This document shows, piece by piece, positions 7,807 to 15,421 of a DNA stretch of 32,000 nucleotides; the stretch's first letter is position 1, and each line of letters opens with the position of its first letter. The DNA comes from Parvibaculum sedimenti (GTDB lineage Bacteria > Pseudomonadota > Alphaproteobacteria > Parvibaculales > Parvibaculaceae). The notes under the pieces were generated by a model. That model worked only from the letters and a program-made list of their open reading frames with translations, made no database searches and was not told the origin of the DNA. Both the position numbers and the translations under genes were made by a program. The stretch covers positions 268,679-300,678 of the forward strand of contig NZ_WESC01000001.1 of NCBI RefSeq assembly GCF_009184905.1, given 5' to 3'.

Positions 7807-9359
7807 TGTCGGCGACCTGGTTCGATCACGCCATCGCCAAGGTGGCCCCGCGCATGGCGGCGCGCCGCGTCATGGCGCGACAGGCCTTCGAAACCCTGAC
7901 ACGGGGCTATGACGGAGCGGCGCGCGGACGGCGGACGGAGGGCTGGCGCGCGCCGGGATCCTCGGCCGACACCGAGATCGGCGTGGCCGGGGCGCTGCTG
8001 CGCGACCGGATGCGCGATCTGGTGCGCAACAACCCGCATGCGGCCAAGGCCGTGGCGGTGCTGGTCAACAACATCATCGGCGCGGGCATCATGCCGCGCG
8101 CCGCCAGCGGTGACGACAAGCTGGACCGCAAGGTCGATGCCTTGTTCGAACGCTGGACGGCGGATTGCGACGCCGACGGTCAGCTCGACTTCTATGGGAT
8201 GCAGACGCTGATCTGCCGCGAGATGGTCGAGGCGGGCGAGGTTCTGGTGCGCCGCCGCCTGCGGCGGGCGAGCGATGGCCTGCAAGTGCCGCTGCAACTG
8301 CAGGTGCTGGAGGCCGACTTTCTGGATGCCACCAAGTCCGGCGTCCTCGGCGCGGGCCGCCTCGTGCAGGGGATCGAGTTCGACTCGGTCGGCAGGCGCC
8401 GGGCCTATTGGCTGCATGCCGAGCACCCGGGCGACGCCTGGGGAGCGCTGCGCGGCGGGCTCGACAGCCGCCCGGTCCCCGCGACCGAGATCGCGCACAT
8501 CTACGAGAAGCAGCGCACGCAGGCGCGCGGCGTTCCGTGGGGCGCGCCGGTGATCCGCAGCTTGCGCGATCTCGACGACTATGAAGTAGCCGAACTGGTC
8601 CGCAAGAAGACCGAGGCCTGCGTCACCGCCATCGTGTTCGGCGACGACGAGGCGCAACAGGGCATCGCGCCTTCCGTGGTCGACGCCGACGGCAACCGGG
8701 TCGAGCAGTTCGAGCCGGGGCTGATCGCCTATGCCCGTGGCGGCAAGGACATCCGGTTCAACCAGCCGTCGGCCACCGGCGGCTATGGCGAATACAAGCG
8801 GGCGAGCCTGCACACCATCTCGGCCGGGTTCCGCGTGCCCTACGAGTTGCTGACGGGGGACCTGTCCCAGGTCAACTACTCCTCGATCCGGGCCGGGCTG
8901 GTGGAATTCCGCCGCCAGATCGACGCCGTGCAGTGGCAGTTGTTCATCCCGATGTTCTGCGCGCCGGTCTGGCGCTGGTTCACGGAAGCCGCCTGGGCGG
9001 CGGGGCAGATCCCGTCGCCGACCGTGCCGGTTGAATGGTCGCCGCCGAAGTTCGAGGCGGTCGATCCGCAGAAGGACGCGATGGCGAACCTGCTGTCGAT
9101 CCGCTCCGGCACCATGACGCTGGCGGAGGTGATCGCGAAGCAGGGACGCAACCCCGACGCGGTGCTGGCCGAGATCGCCGCGACCAACACCAAGCTCGAC
9201 GCGCTCGGGCTGGTGCTCGACAGCGACCCGCGGCGCGTGACTAAGACCGGCAGTGCGCAGAGCAACGATCCGGCCGCCGATCAGACAAACGATCCGGCCG
9301 ACGACGAACCGGCCGCCGACGCGAACAATGATTCGGCGCAGGCCGACCAACAGGACTGA
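7806..9359 (+). CDS. Portal protein, lambda (gpB) family
   Basis: ATG overlaps the upstream stop (TGATG). 517 aa with LLRDRMRDLVRNNPHAAKAVAVLVNNIIGAGIMP and the conserved central region typical of Phage_portal_2. Confidence 0.9.
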   Translation: MSATWFDHAIAKVAPRMAARRVMARQAFETLTRGYDGAARGRRTEGWRAPGSSADTEIGVAGALLRDRMRDLVRNNPHAAKAVAVLVNNIIGAGIMPRAASGDDKLDRKVDALFERWTADCDADGQLDFYGMQTLICREMVEAGEVLVRRRLRRASDGLQVPLQLQVLEADFLDATKSGVLGAGRLVQGIEFDSVGRRRAYWLHAEHPGDAWGALRGGLDSRPVPATEIAHIYEKQRTQARGVPWGAPVIRSLRDLDDYEVAELVRKKTEACVTAIVFGDDEAQQGIAPSVVDADGNRVEQFEPGLIAYARGGKDIRFNQPSATGGYGEYKRASLHTISAGFRVPYELLTGDLSQVNYSSIRAGLVEFRRQIDAVQWQLFIPMFCAPVWRWFTEAAWAAGQIPSPTVPVEWSPPKFEAVDPQKDAMANLLSIRSGTMTLAEVIAKQGRNPDAVLAEIAATNTKLDALGLVLDSDPRRVTKTGSAQSNDPAADQTNDPADDEPAADANNDSAQADQQD

Positions 9360-9364
9360 CCCTC

Positions 9365-11410
9365 ATGGACACGATGATTGAACTGCCGGCCATGCGCCGG
9401 TCGGCGGAGCTTGCGCCGAACACGGCCGACGCCGACACCCGCACCGTCGAGGTGGTCTGGTCGGCCGGGGCCCGCGTCCGCCGCGCGACCTTCTTCGGCG
9501 AACCCTATGACGAGGAACTGAGCCTCGACCCAGCCCATGTGCGGCTCGACCGGCTGAACGCGGGCGCGCCCTTCCTGAAGGTGCACGAGCTCGACACGCT
9601 GGATGCGGTGATCGGGTCGGTCGTGCCGGGCTCGGCGCGGATCGAGAATGGCCGCGGCATCGCCTTGGTGCGGATCAGCGAGCGTGCCGATGTCGAGCCG
9701 ATCTGGCGCGACATCCAGGCCGGGCACATCCGCGCGGTCTCGATCGGCTACCAGGTCCACCGTTTCGAGGTCTCGAAGCCCGAGGCCGCGCGCGAGCTGT
9801 GGCGTGCGGTGGACTGGACGCCCTTCGAGGTCTCCGCCGTCGCGGTTGGGGCCGACCCCGCCGCGGGCTTCCGCGCCCAGCACCCCCTTCACGACTGCGT
9901 CCTCCACCGCCGGGACGCCCCTTCCAGCAAGAAAGGACCCATTCCGATGACGGACCAGACCAAGACCCCGGCGAGCGACGCCGCAACCCAGCCGGCCGAG
10001 CCGGTCGAAACCGAGGACACCCCCATGACCGAGCCGAATGCGGCTGCGCCCGAACCCGAGGTCGCCGCCAGCGAGACCCGCTCCCAACCGAAGGCGCAGG
10101 CAACTCCTGCGCCCGACACCGAAGCCGTCGCAACCCGCGCCCGCGAAGCCGAGCGCAACCGCGTCTCCACCATTTACGATCTGGCGGGGCGGCTGAACCT
10201 CGAGCGCGGTTTCGCCGAGGATTTGGTGAAGCGCGGTGTCAGCGTTGACGAATCCCGCCGCCTGATCCTCGATCAGGTCGCCGCGAAGTCCGACGAGACC
10301 AGAACGTTCCCGCATGTCTCGGTTCCCTTGGGCGGCCGCGACGAGAGGATCACCCGCCGCGACGCGGTGGCGAATGCGCTGCTGCACCGCTACAGCCCGA
10401 CCCTCTTCCAGCTTGAGGATGCGGCACGCCAGTATCGCGGCATGACGCTGCTGGAACTGGCCCGCGAAAGCCTCGGCAATGCCGGGGTGAACACGCGCGG
10501 CCTGTCGCGCGACGAGGTGGCGACGCGCGCGCTGCACTCGACCTCGGACTTCCCCGAGATCCTCTCGGCCGTCACCAACAAGACGCTCCGGCAAGCCTAC
10601 GAGGCCTATCCCCGCACCTTCATGCTGTTCTGCCGCCAGGTGCTGGCCACCGACTTCAAGGCCATGCACCGGGTCCAGCTCGGCGAAGCGCCGCAGCTTC
10701 TTGAGGTCGGCGAGAGCGGCGAGTTCAAGCGCGGGACGCTGGGTGAGAGCAAGGAGAGCTACAAGGTCAAGACCTATGGCCGGGTGGTCGCGATCACCCG
10801 CCAGACGCTGATCAACGACGATCTCGACGCCTTCACCCGGATCCCGGCGATGTACGGCAACTCCATCGCGCAGCTGGAAAGCGACGTGGTCTGGGGCATC
10901 ATCACCGCCAACCCGGCGATGGCCGACGGCAACGCGCTGTTCCACGCCAACCACAAGAACCTCGCCGGCACCGGCGCGGCACTCGCGGTCGATGCGGTCG
11001 GTGCGGCTCGGGCGGCGATGGCCAAGCAGACCGGGCTCGACAAGAAGACGGTGCTCAATATCCGCCCCGCCTTCCTGATCGTGCCGGCTTCGCTGGAGCT
11101 GAAGGCGGAACAGCTGGTCGCGCAGAACCTGGTGCCGGCCGCGACCGCGAGCGTGGTGCCGCAATCGATCCGCACGCTCGCGCCGATCAGCGAGCCGCGG
11201 CTCGATGCGGTCAGCGAAACCGCCTGGTATCTGGCGGCCAGCCCGAACCAGATCGACACGATCGAGTACGCCTATCTCGAAGGCCAGCAAGGCGCCTACA
11301 TCGAGACGCGGAACGGCTTCGACGTCGACGGCGTCGAGATCAAGTGCCGCCTCGACTTCGGCGCCAAGGCCATCGACTGGCGCGGTCTCTACAAGAACCC
11401 GGGCGCGTAA
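9365..11410 (+). CDS. Prohead serine protease (HK97/S78-like) - scaffold-like linker - major capsid protein fusion
   Basis: The N-terminal 170 aa (APFLKVHELDTLDAVIGSV...GHIRAVSIGY) are protease-like. Residues about 190-260 are a P/A/E/T-rich linker. The C-terminal 400 aa (TLINDDLDAFTRIPAMYGNSIAQLESDVVWGII...ALFHANHKNLAG) look like a major capsid protein. Confidence 0.8.
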   Translation: MDTMIELPAMRRSAELAPNTADADTRTVEVVWSAGARVRRATFFGEPYDEELSLDPAHVRLDRLNAGAPFLKVHELDTLDAVIGSVVPGSARIENGRGIALVRISERADVEPIWRDIQAGHIRAVSIGYQVHRFEVSKPEAARELWRAVDWTPFEVSAVAVGADPAAGFRAQHPLHDCVLHRRDAPSSKKGPIPMTDQTKTPASDAATQPAEPVETEDTPMTEPNAAAPEPEVAASETRSQPKAQATPAPDTEAVATRAREAERNRVSTIYDLAGRLNLERGFAEDLVKRGVSVDESRRLILDQVAAKSDETRTFPHVSVPLGGRDERITRRDAVANALLHRYSPTLFQLEDAARQYRGMTLLELARESLGNAGVNTRGLSRDEVATRALHSTSDFPEILSAVTNKTLRQAYEAYPRTFMLFCRQVLATDFKAMHRVQLGEAPQLLEVGESGEFKRGTLGESKESYKVKTYGRVVAITRQTLINDDLDAFTRIPAMYGNSIAQLESDVVWGIITANPAMADGNALFHANHKNLAGTGAALAVDAVGAARAAMAKQTGLDKKTVLNIRPAFLIVPASLELKAEQLVAQNLVPAATASVVPQSIRTLAPISEPRLDAVSETAWYLAASPNQIDTIEYAYLEGQQGAYIETRNGFDVDGVEIKCRLDFGAKAIDWRGLYKNPGA

Positions 11411-11442
11411 CCCGCACCCCAACATGCTGAACCCCGACACAC

Positions 11443-11474
11443 GGGCGGTCCTGACGGGCCGCCCTTCGTCTTTC
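11443..11474 (+). terminator. Intrinsic terminator-like hairpin after the capsid gene
   Basis: GGGCGGTCC-tgac-GGGCCGCCC, 9-bp stem with one G-U pair, followed by TTCGTCTTTCC. It begins 33 nt after the capsid stop. Confidence 0.5.
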
Positions 11475-11490
11475 CAAAAGGATCCTCCCC

Positions 11491-11826
11491 ATGAAAACCT
11501 ACGTCCAGCCCGGCAATACCATCACCCTGACCGCGCCCTATGCCGTCGCCTCCGGCGATGGCCTGCTCGTCGGTTCCATCTTCGGCATCGCCGCTGGCGC
11601 GGCCGCCCTCGGCGAGCCCGTCGAGACCGCGCTCGTCGGCGTGTTCGACATCACCAAGGTCGGCTCCCAGGCATGGACCGCCGGCGCCAAGGTCTATTGG
11701 GACGACACGAACAAGCGCTGCACGACGGTCGCGACCGACAACACCCTCATCGGCGTGGCCGTCGAGGCGGTGGCGAGCGGCGCGGGCGACACCATCGGCC
11801 GGGTGCGCCTGAACGCGACGTTCTGA
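11491..11826 (+). CDS. DUF2190-family head decoration/cement protein
   Basis: 111 aa, YVQPGNTITLTAP..VASGDGLLVGSIFGIAA......VFDITK......G.KVYWDD......IGVAVEA, the typical DUF2190 pattern. GGATCCTCC lies upstream of the ATG. Confidence 0.75.
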   Translation: MKTYVQPGNTITLTAPYAVASGDGLLVGSIFGIAAGAAALGEPVETALVGVFDITKVGSQAWTAGAKVYWDDTNKRCTTVATDNTLIGVAVEAVASGAGDTIGRVRLNATF

Positions 11827-12137
11827 TGAGCGCCTTCGCCGCCGCCGTCGGCGCGCTCTTCGCCGATCCCAATGTCGGCCGGGACGCGGTCTATATCGCC
11901 GACGGCGGTGCGCCCGTGCTGGTGCGCGCCGTCGCCAGGCGTGCGGATGCGATCAGCGATTTCGGCGACGCGCGGCTCTGGTCCGAAACCACGAGGATCG
12001 ACCTGCGCGTCGCCGAGGTGGCGAACCCGCGCCCGGGCGACCGTATCGAGATCGACGGAGACGCCTTCCTCATCCAGGGCGAGCCGGTCCGTGACCGCGA
12101 GCGGCTGGTCTGGACTGTCGATCTGAGGCCCGCGTGA
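11826..12137 (+). CDS. Head-tail joining/adaptor protein (gpFII-like)
   Basis: TGATG overlap with the upstream gene. 103 aa ending PRPGDRIEIDGDAFLIQGEPVRDRERLVWTVDL, a pattern typical of small phage head-tail connectors. Confidence 0.55.
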   Translation: MSAFAAAVGALFADPNVGRDAVYIADGGAPVLVRAVARRADAISDFGDARLWSETTRIDLRVAEVANPRPGDRIEIDGDAFLIQGEPVRDRERLVWTVDLRPA

Positions 12138-12763
12138 AACTGAAGCTCGACATCGATCCAGACATCGTCGCGATGATGGCGGCGGAGGTGGCAGCGGGCG
12201 AACGCGCGGTGACCGCCGCCATGCGAGAGGCCGGGACCGGGCTGAAGAGCGCCTGGCGGTTGCAGATCACCGGCGCGGGGCTCGGGCCCCGGCTGGCCAA
12301 TTCGATCCGGAGCCAGAACTTCCCGAGGTCGGGCGAGAGCCTCGATGCGGCGGCGCTGGTCTGGTCGAAGGCCCCGGTCATCGTCGGAGCGCATGACACG
12401 GGACCGCTGATCCGCTCCAAAGACGGGTTCTGGTTGGCGATCCCGCTGCCCGCCGCAGGCAAATCCCTGCGCGGCGGCCGGATCACGCCCGGTGAATGGG
12501 AACGACGACGGGGCCTGCGCCTGCGCTTCGTCTATCGCCGCGCGGGTCCGAGCCTGCTGGTGGCCGAGGGACGGCTGAACACGAAGGGGCAGGCTGTCGT
12601 GTCGCGATCGAAGACCGGGCGCGGCAAGGTCACCGCGCCGATCTTCCTGCTGGTGCCGCAGGTCAAGCTGCCGAAGCGGCTGGATCTGGCGCGGGACGCA
12701 GACCGGGCGTTGGACAGCGTGCCGGGGTTGATCGTCGCGAACTGGGCGGATCAGCGGTTCTAA
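12134..12763 (+). CDS. Virion morphogenesis protein of unknown role (DUF6441-like)
   Basis: GTG 12134 overlaps the upstream stop (GTGA). 209 aa. Assigned from its position in the connector module; family assignment is from memory only. Confidence 0.5.
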   Translation: MKLKLDIDPDIVAMMAAEVAAGERAVTAAMREAGTGLKSAWRLQITGAGLGPRLANSIRSQNFPRSGESLDAAALVWSKAPVIVGAHDTGPLIRSKDGFWLAIPLPAAGKSLRGGRITPGEWERRRGLRLRFVYRRAGPSLLVAEGRLNTKGQAVVSRSKTGRGKVTAPIFLLVPQVKLPKRLDLARDADRALDSVPGLIVANWADQRF

Positions 12764-13242
12764 CGCAACCCATGCATCACATCTTCGCATTCAGCCCGAA
12801 TGTTCTTAGCACTCGCAGCTGACGACCAATCAGCCCAGCCGATGTGCGCCAGCCCGGTCGTCTGCCTCTTCTTCTCGTAGAGTTCCCGAGCGACGAGCTT
12901 GGGGAGCATGACCGCGTCGTAGAGGGCATAGTTGCGGTGCCACCGAACTGCCGCGAACCAGTCCGCCTTATCGAGATTGTGCTGCTTCAACGAAACGCGG
13001 GGGTAAGGGCCATCGGTGCCGAGGATCCGCGATTTAACCTCAATGAGGCCAAATTGCGGGGAGCGGACATCGGATCCGCGGTTGTTGCCGCCAATAACCT
13101 CGCCGCCGGTTGCGATCGAGACCAGGAGTTCAGCCAAGATTTCGTGGCTGATCTTGTCATAACGGGCCATGCATTTCGCCGTCTGAAGAATGTTCCAGAT
13201 CTCTCGCGCGTCTTCGGCCGCATGATCCTGTTTTTCGGACAA
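12760..13242 (-). CDS. Opposite-strand moron: small PD-(D/E)xK-like nuclease-fold protein
   Basis: The only minus-strand gene inside the late operon. It is clearly AT-richer than its flanks. Motif GSDVRSPQFGLIEVKSR fits D...E-x-K. Preferred start is TTG 13242, with GGAGA 7 nt upstream; the listed ORF extends to 13365. Its TAG stop shares 2 nt with the TAA stop of the convergent + gene. Confidence 0.6.
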   Translation of the reverse strand: MSEKQDHAAEDAREIWNILQTAKCMARYDKISHEILAELLVSIATGGEVIGGNNRGSDVRSPQFGLIEVKSRILGTDGPYPRVSLKQHNLDKADWFAAVRWHRNYALYDAVMLPKLVARELYEKKRQTTGLAHIGWADWSSAASAKNIRAECEDVMHGLR

Positions 13243-13275
13243 AAGACTATCTCCAATGCTCTCGGTTGAAGTTTC

Positions 13276-13304
13276 TGAATAGGCGGAGCGCGAAGAGCTA
13301 GCAA
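13276..13304 (-). promoter_or_regulatory. Sigma70-like promoter for the moron
   Basis: On the minus strand, TTGCTA (13304-13299), 17 nt spacer, TATTCA (13281-13276). It is followed by a short leader carrying the GGAGA Shine-Dalgarno. Confidence 0.35.
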
Positions 13305-13326
13305 CGCATCCCGAAGGGTTTTCCGC

Positions 13327-13746
13327 ATGCCCACTCCCCGAGAAACCATCCTCACCGCGCTGCACGCGCGGCTCTCGGCGCTGCCCGCCACGGCCCTGCG
13401 CGGCGAGGTGCTGCCCGAGCGCGTGCCCGCCGAGGGTCTGCTGATCCTGCGCGACGGCGAGCCGGGGGAGCCCGAGGTGACGCTGTCGCCACTACGCTAC
13501 CATTACCAGCATCGCGCCGAGATCGAGGCTGTCGTGCAAGGCGCCGACCGTGACGCCGCCTTCGACACGCTGGCCGCCAGCATCGGCGCAGCGCTCGCCG
13601 CGGACCGGACGTTGGGCGGGCTCTGCGACTGGGTCGAGGCGGAAGCGCCGCGCCCGGTCGATCTGCCGGTCGAGGGTGCGGCCAGCCTGAAGGCGGCCGT
13701 CATCCCGGTCATCCTGCACTATTCCACGGCCGACCCGCTGGCCTGA
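13327..13746 (+). CDS. Tail completion/terminator-type protein
   Basis: 139 aa, RETILTALHARLSAL...AEIEAVVQG.DRDAAFDTLAASIGAAL..DRTLGGLCDWVE. It sits immediately upstream of the tail tube gene. A family often mis-annotated in databases. Confidence 0.55.
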   Translation: MPTPRETILTALHARLSALPATALRGEVLPERVPAEGLLILRDGEPGEPEVTLSPLRYHYQHRAEIEAVVQGADRDAAFDTLAASIGAALAADRTLGGLCDWVEAEAPRPVDLPVEGAASLKAAVIPVILHYSTADPLA

Positions 13747-13770
13747 CCCAACCGACAACAGGAGAACACC

Positions 13771-14727
13771 ATGGCACGAGCCCAGGGGGCGCGGGCGCTG
13801 ATGGCGCTTGCGTTCGAGACGATCTATGGAACGCCGCCCGCGAGCGGGTTCACCCGCATGCCCTTCGCCAGCAGTTCGCTCGGCGCCGAGCAGCCGCTGC
13901 TGAACTCGGAGTTGCTTGGCTACGGCCGCGATCCGCTGGCGCCGATCAAGGACGCGGTGACGGCCGATGGCGACGTCGTCGTGCCGCTCGACGCAGAGGC
14001 CTTCGGCTTCTGGCTGAAGGCGGCCTTCGGGTCGCCGACGACCACCGGAGCGGAGGCCCCGTACAGCCACGAGTTCCAATCGGGGTCCTGGACGCTGCCC
14101 TCGATGTCGATCGAGACCGGTATGCCGGAGGTGCCGCGCTATGCGATGTATTCCGGCTGCGTGCTCGACCAGATCACCTGGCAGATGCAGCGCTCGGGAC
14201 TGCTGACCGCAACGGCGCGGCTAGTGGCGCAGGGCGAGACGGTGGGCACGACGACCAGCGCGTTCGGCGCACCCGCCTCACCACCCACCGCGCTGGAGCT
14301 GAAGCGCTTCGGCCATTTCAACGGAGCGATCACGCGCAATGGCACCGCCCTCGGCAACGTGGTCTCGGCCGAGATCACCTATGCGAACAACCTCGACCGG
14401 ATCGAGACCATCCGCAGCGACGGGCGGATCGACGGCGCGGACCCGTCCATCGCGGCGCTGACCGGCCGGATCGAGGTGCGCTTCGCCGACCAGACGCTGG
14501 TGACGCAGGCGATCAACGGCGAGGCCTGCGAGATGGAGTTCGCCTACGTCCTGCCCTCGGGCGAGAACTTCACCTTCACCGTGCACGCCGTCTACCTGCC
14601 GCGCCCGCGCATCGAGATTTCCGGGCCGCAGGGCGTGCAGGCCACCTTCGACTGGCAGGCGGCGCGCGACAGCGTGGTCGGGCGGATGTGCACCGCAACC
14701 CTCGTGAACGATGTGGAGACGTATTGA
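13771..14727 (+). CDS. Major tail (tube) protein
   Basis: AGGAGAA lies upstream of the ATG. 318 aa. Its position before the chaperone pair and tape measure supports the call, as does the N-terminus LMALAFETIYGTPPASGFTRMPFASSSLGAEQPL, typical of this siphovirus tube family. Confidence 0.7.
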   Translation: MARAQGARALMALAFETIYGTPPASGFTRMPFASSSLGAEQPLLNSELLGYGRDPLAPIKDAVTADGDVVVPLDAEAFGFWLKAAFGSPTTTGAEAPYSHEFQSGSWTLPSMSIETGMPEVPRYAMYSGCVLDQITWQMQRSGLLTATARLVAQGETVGTTTSAFGAPASPPTALELKRFGHFNGAITRNGTALGNVVSAEITYANNLDRIETIRSDGRIDGADPSIAALTGRIEVRFADQTLVTQAINGEACEMEFAYVLPSGENFTFTVHAVYLPRPRIEISGPQGVQATFDWQAARDSVVGRMCTATLVNDVETY

Positions 14728-15182
14728 TGCTGACGCTTGACCTGACGAACGCGCCGCGCTGGCACGACCTTGCGCCCGGCGTCCGGGTGCAACTGCGCCC
14801 ACTGACCACGGCGCTAATGGTGGCGACGCGCAGCGATCCGGCCGTCGAGGCGGTGCCGGAAGAGGCGTCTGACGAGGAGCGCGCCGTCGCCTTCGCCAAG
14901 GCGCTGGCGCGACGCGCCGTGCTTGCCTGGGACGGCATCGGGGACGCGGACGGCAAGCCCATCGACCCAAGCCCCGAGGCCATCGACGCGCTGCTCGATG
15001 TCTGGCCGATCTTCGAGGCCTTCCAGCTGACCTACGTCTCGAAGGGCCTGCTGCTGGAACTGGAAAAAAACGCCTCCGCGCTCTCGCCGAATGGTCCTTC
15101 GGCGGGGGCGACCGATACTGCGAAGCCTGCGCACCCTACGAGGGCCGCGAGCAAGCCTGCCCGGACTGCCCGGCGCGGTTGA
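14727..15182 (+). CDS. Tail assembly chaperone (gpG analogue, zero-frame product)
   Basis: TGATG overlap with the tube gene. 151 aa, acidic. Located between the tube and tape measure genes. Contains the slippery heptamer at 15065-15071. Confidence 0.7.
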   Translation: MLTLDLTNAPRWHDLAPGVRVQLRPLTTALMVATRSDPAVEAVPEEASDEERAVAFAKALARRAVLAWDGIGDADGKPIDPSPEAIDALLDVWPIFEAFQLTYVSKGLLLELEKNASALSPNGPSAGATDTAKPAHPTRAASKPARTARRG

Positions 15183-15421
15183 ACCGTCCGGAAACGCCAG
15201 AGGGTTGGCAGGTCTGGGACCTTGTCGGCCGTCTGGGTGGCCAGCTGCGTGTCCTGCCCGGCGCGGTGATTGGCTGGGACCTGTCGGCGGCGCTGGCGCT
15301 CGGTGACGCGCTCGGCGTGCCGCCGCTCGCCATGGCCGAACTGCTGCCCGTCATCGAGGCGGTGATGGTCGCCAAACTCAACGAACAGATGGATCACTCC
15401 AATGGCGGAAAAACGGGTTAG
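14727..15421 (+). CDS. Tail assembly chaperone, -1 frameshift fusion product (gpGT analogue)
   Basis: After the slip at 15065-15071 the product continues KKRLRALAEWSFGGGDRYCEACAPYEGREQACPDCPARLNRPETPEGWQVWDLVGRLGG... This joins the listed ORF 15179..15421 and ends just inside the tape-measure gene, the canonical G/GT layout. Confidence 0.6.
15065..15071 (+). other. -1 programmed ribosomal frameshift heptamer A_AAA_AAC
   Basis: The zero frame reads GAA AAA AAC (E K N), so the A AAA AAC phasing is correct. The -1 frame is open from here to 15421. A stem-loop CGCCGAA-tggtcc-TTCGGCG (15085-15104, extendable to 15081-15108) lies 10-14 nt downstream. Confidence 0.65.

Noticed and set aside
5774-11440. 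Long minus-strand ORFs (5774..6958, 7689..9350, 9281..11440) opposite terminase, portal and capsid
   Set aside because: The same high-GC antisense artefact. The + strand products have unambiguous terminase, portal and capsid motifs and are translationally coupled.
13243-13365. Upstream extension of the moron ORF to the listed start at 13365
   Set aside because: It would overlap the start of the + strand gene at 13327 and run through the predicted promoter. A TTG with a well-spaced GGAGA at 13242 is a better start, though this is not proven.
15064-15070. The A7 homopolymer as a sequencing artefact or simple repeat
   Set aside because: Its phasing (A_AAA_AAC), the open -1 frame, the downstream stem-loop and its position upstream of the tape measure fit a programmed frameshift better. 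An indel error cannot be excluded without reads.
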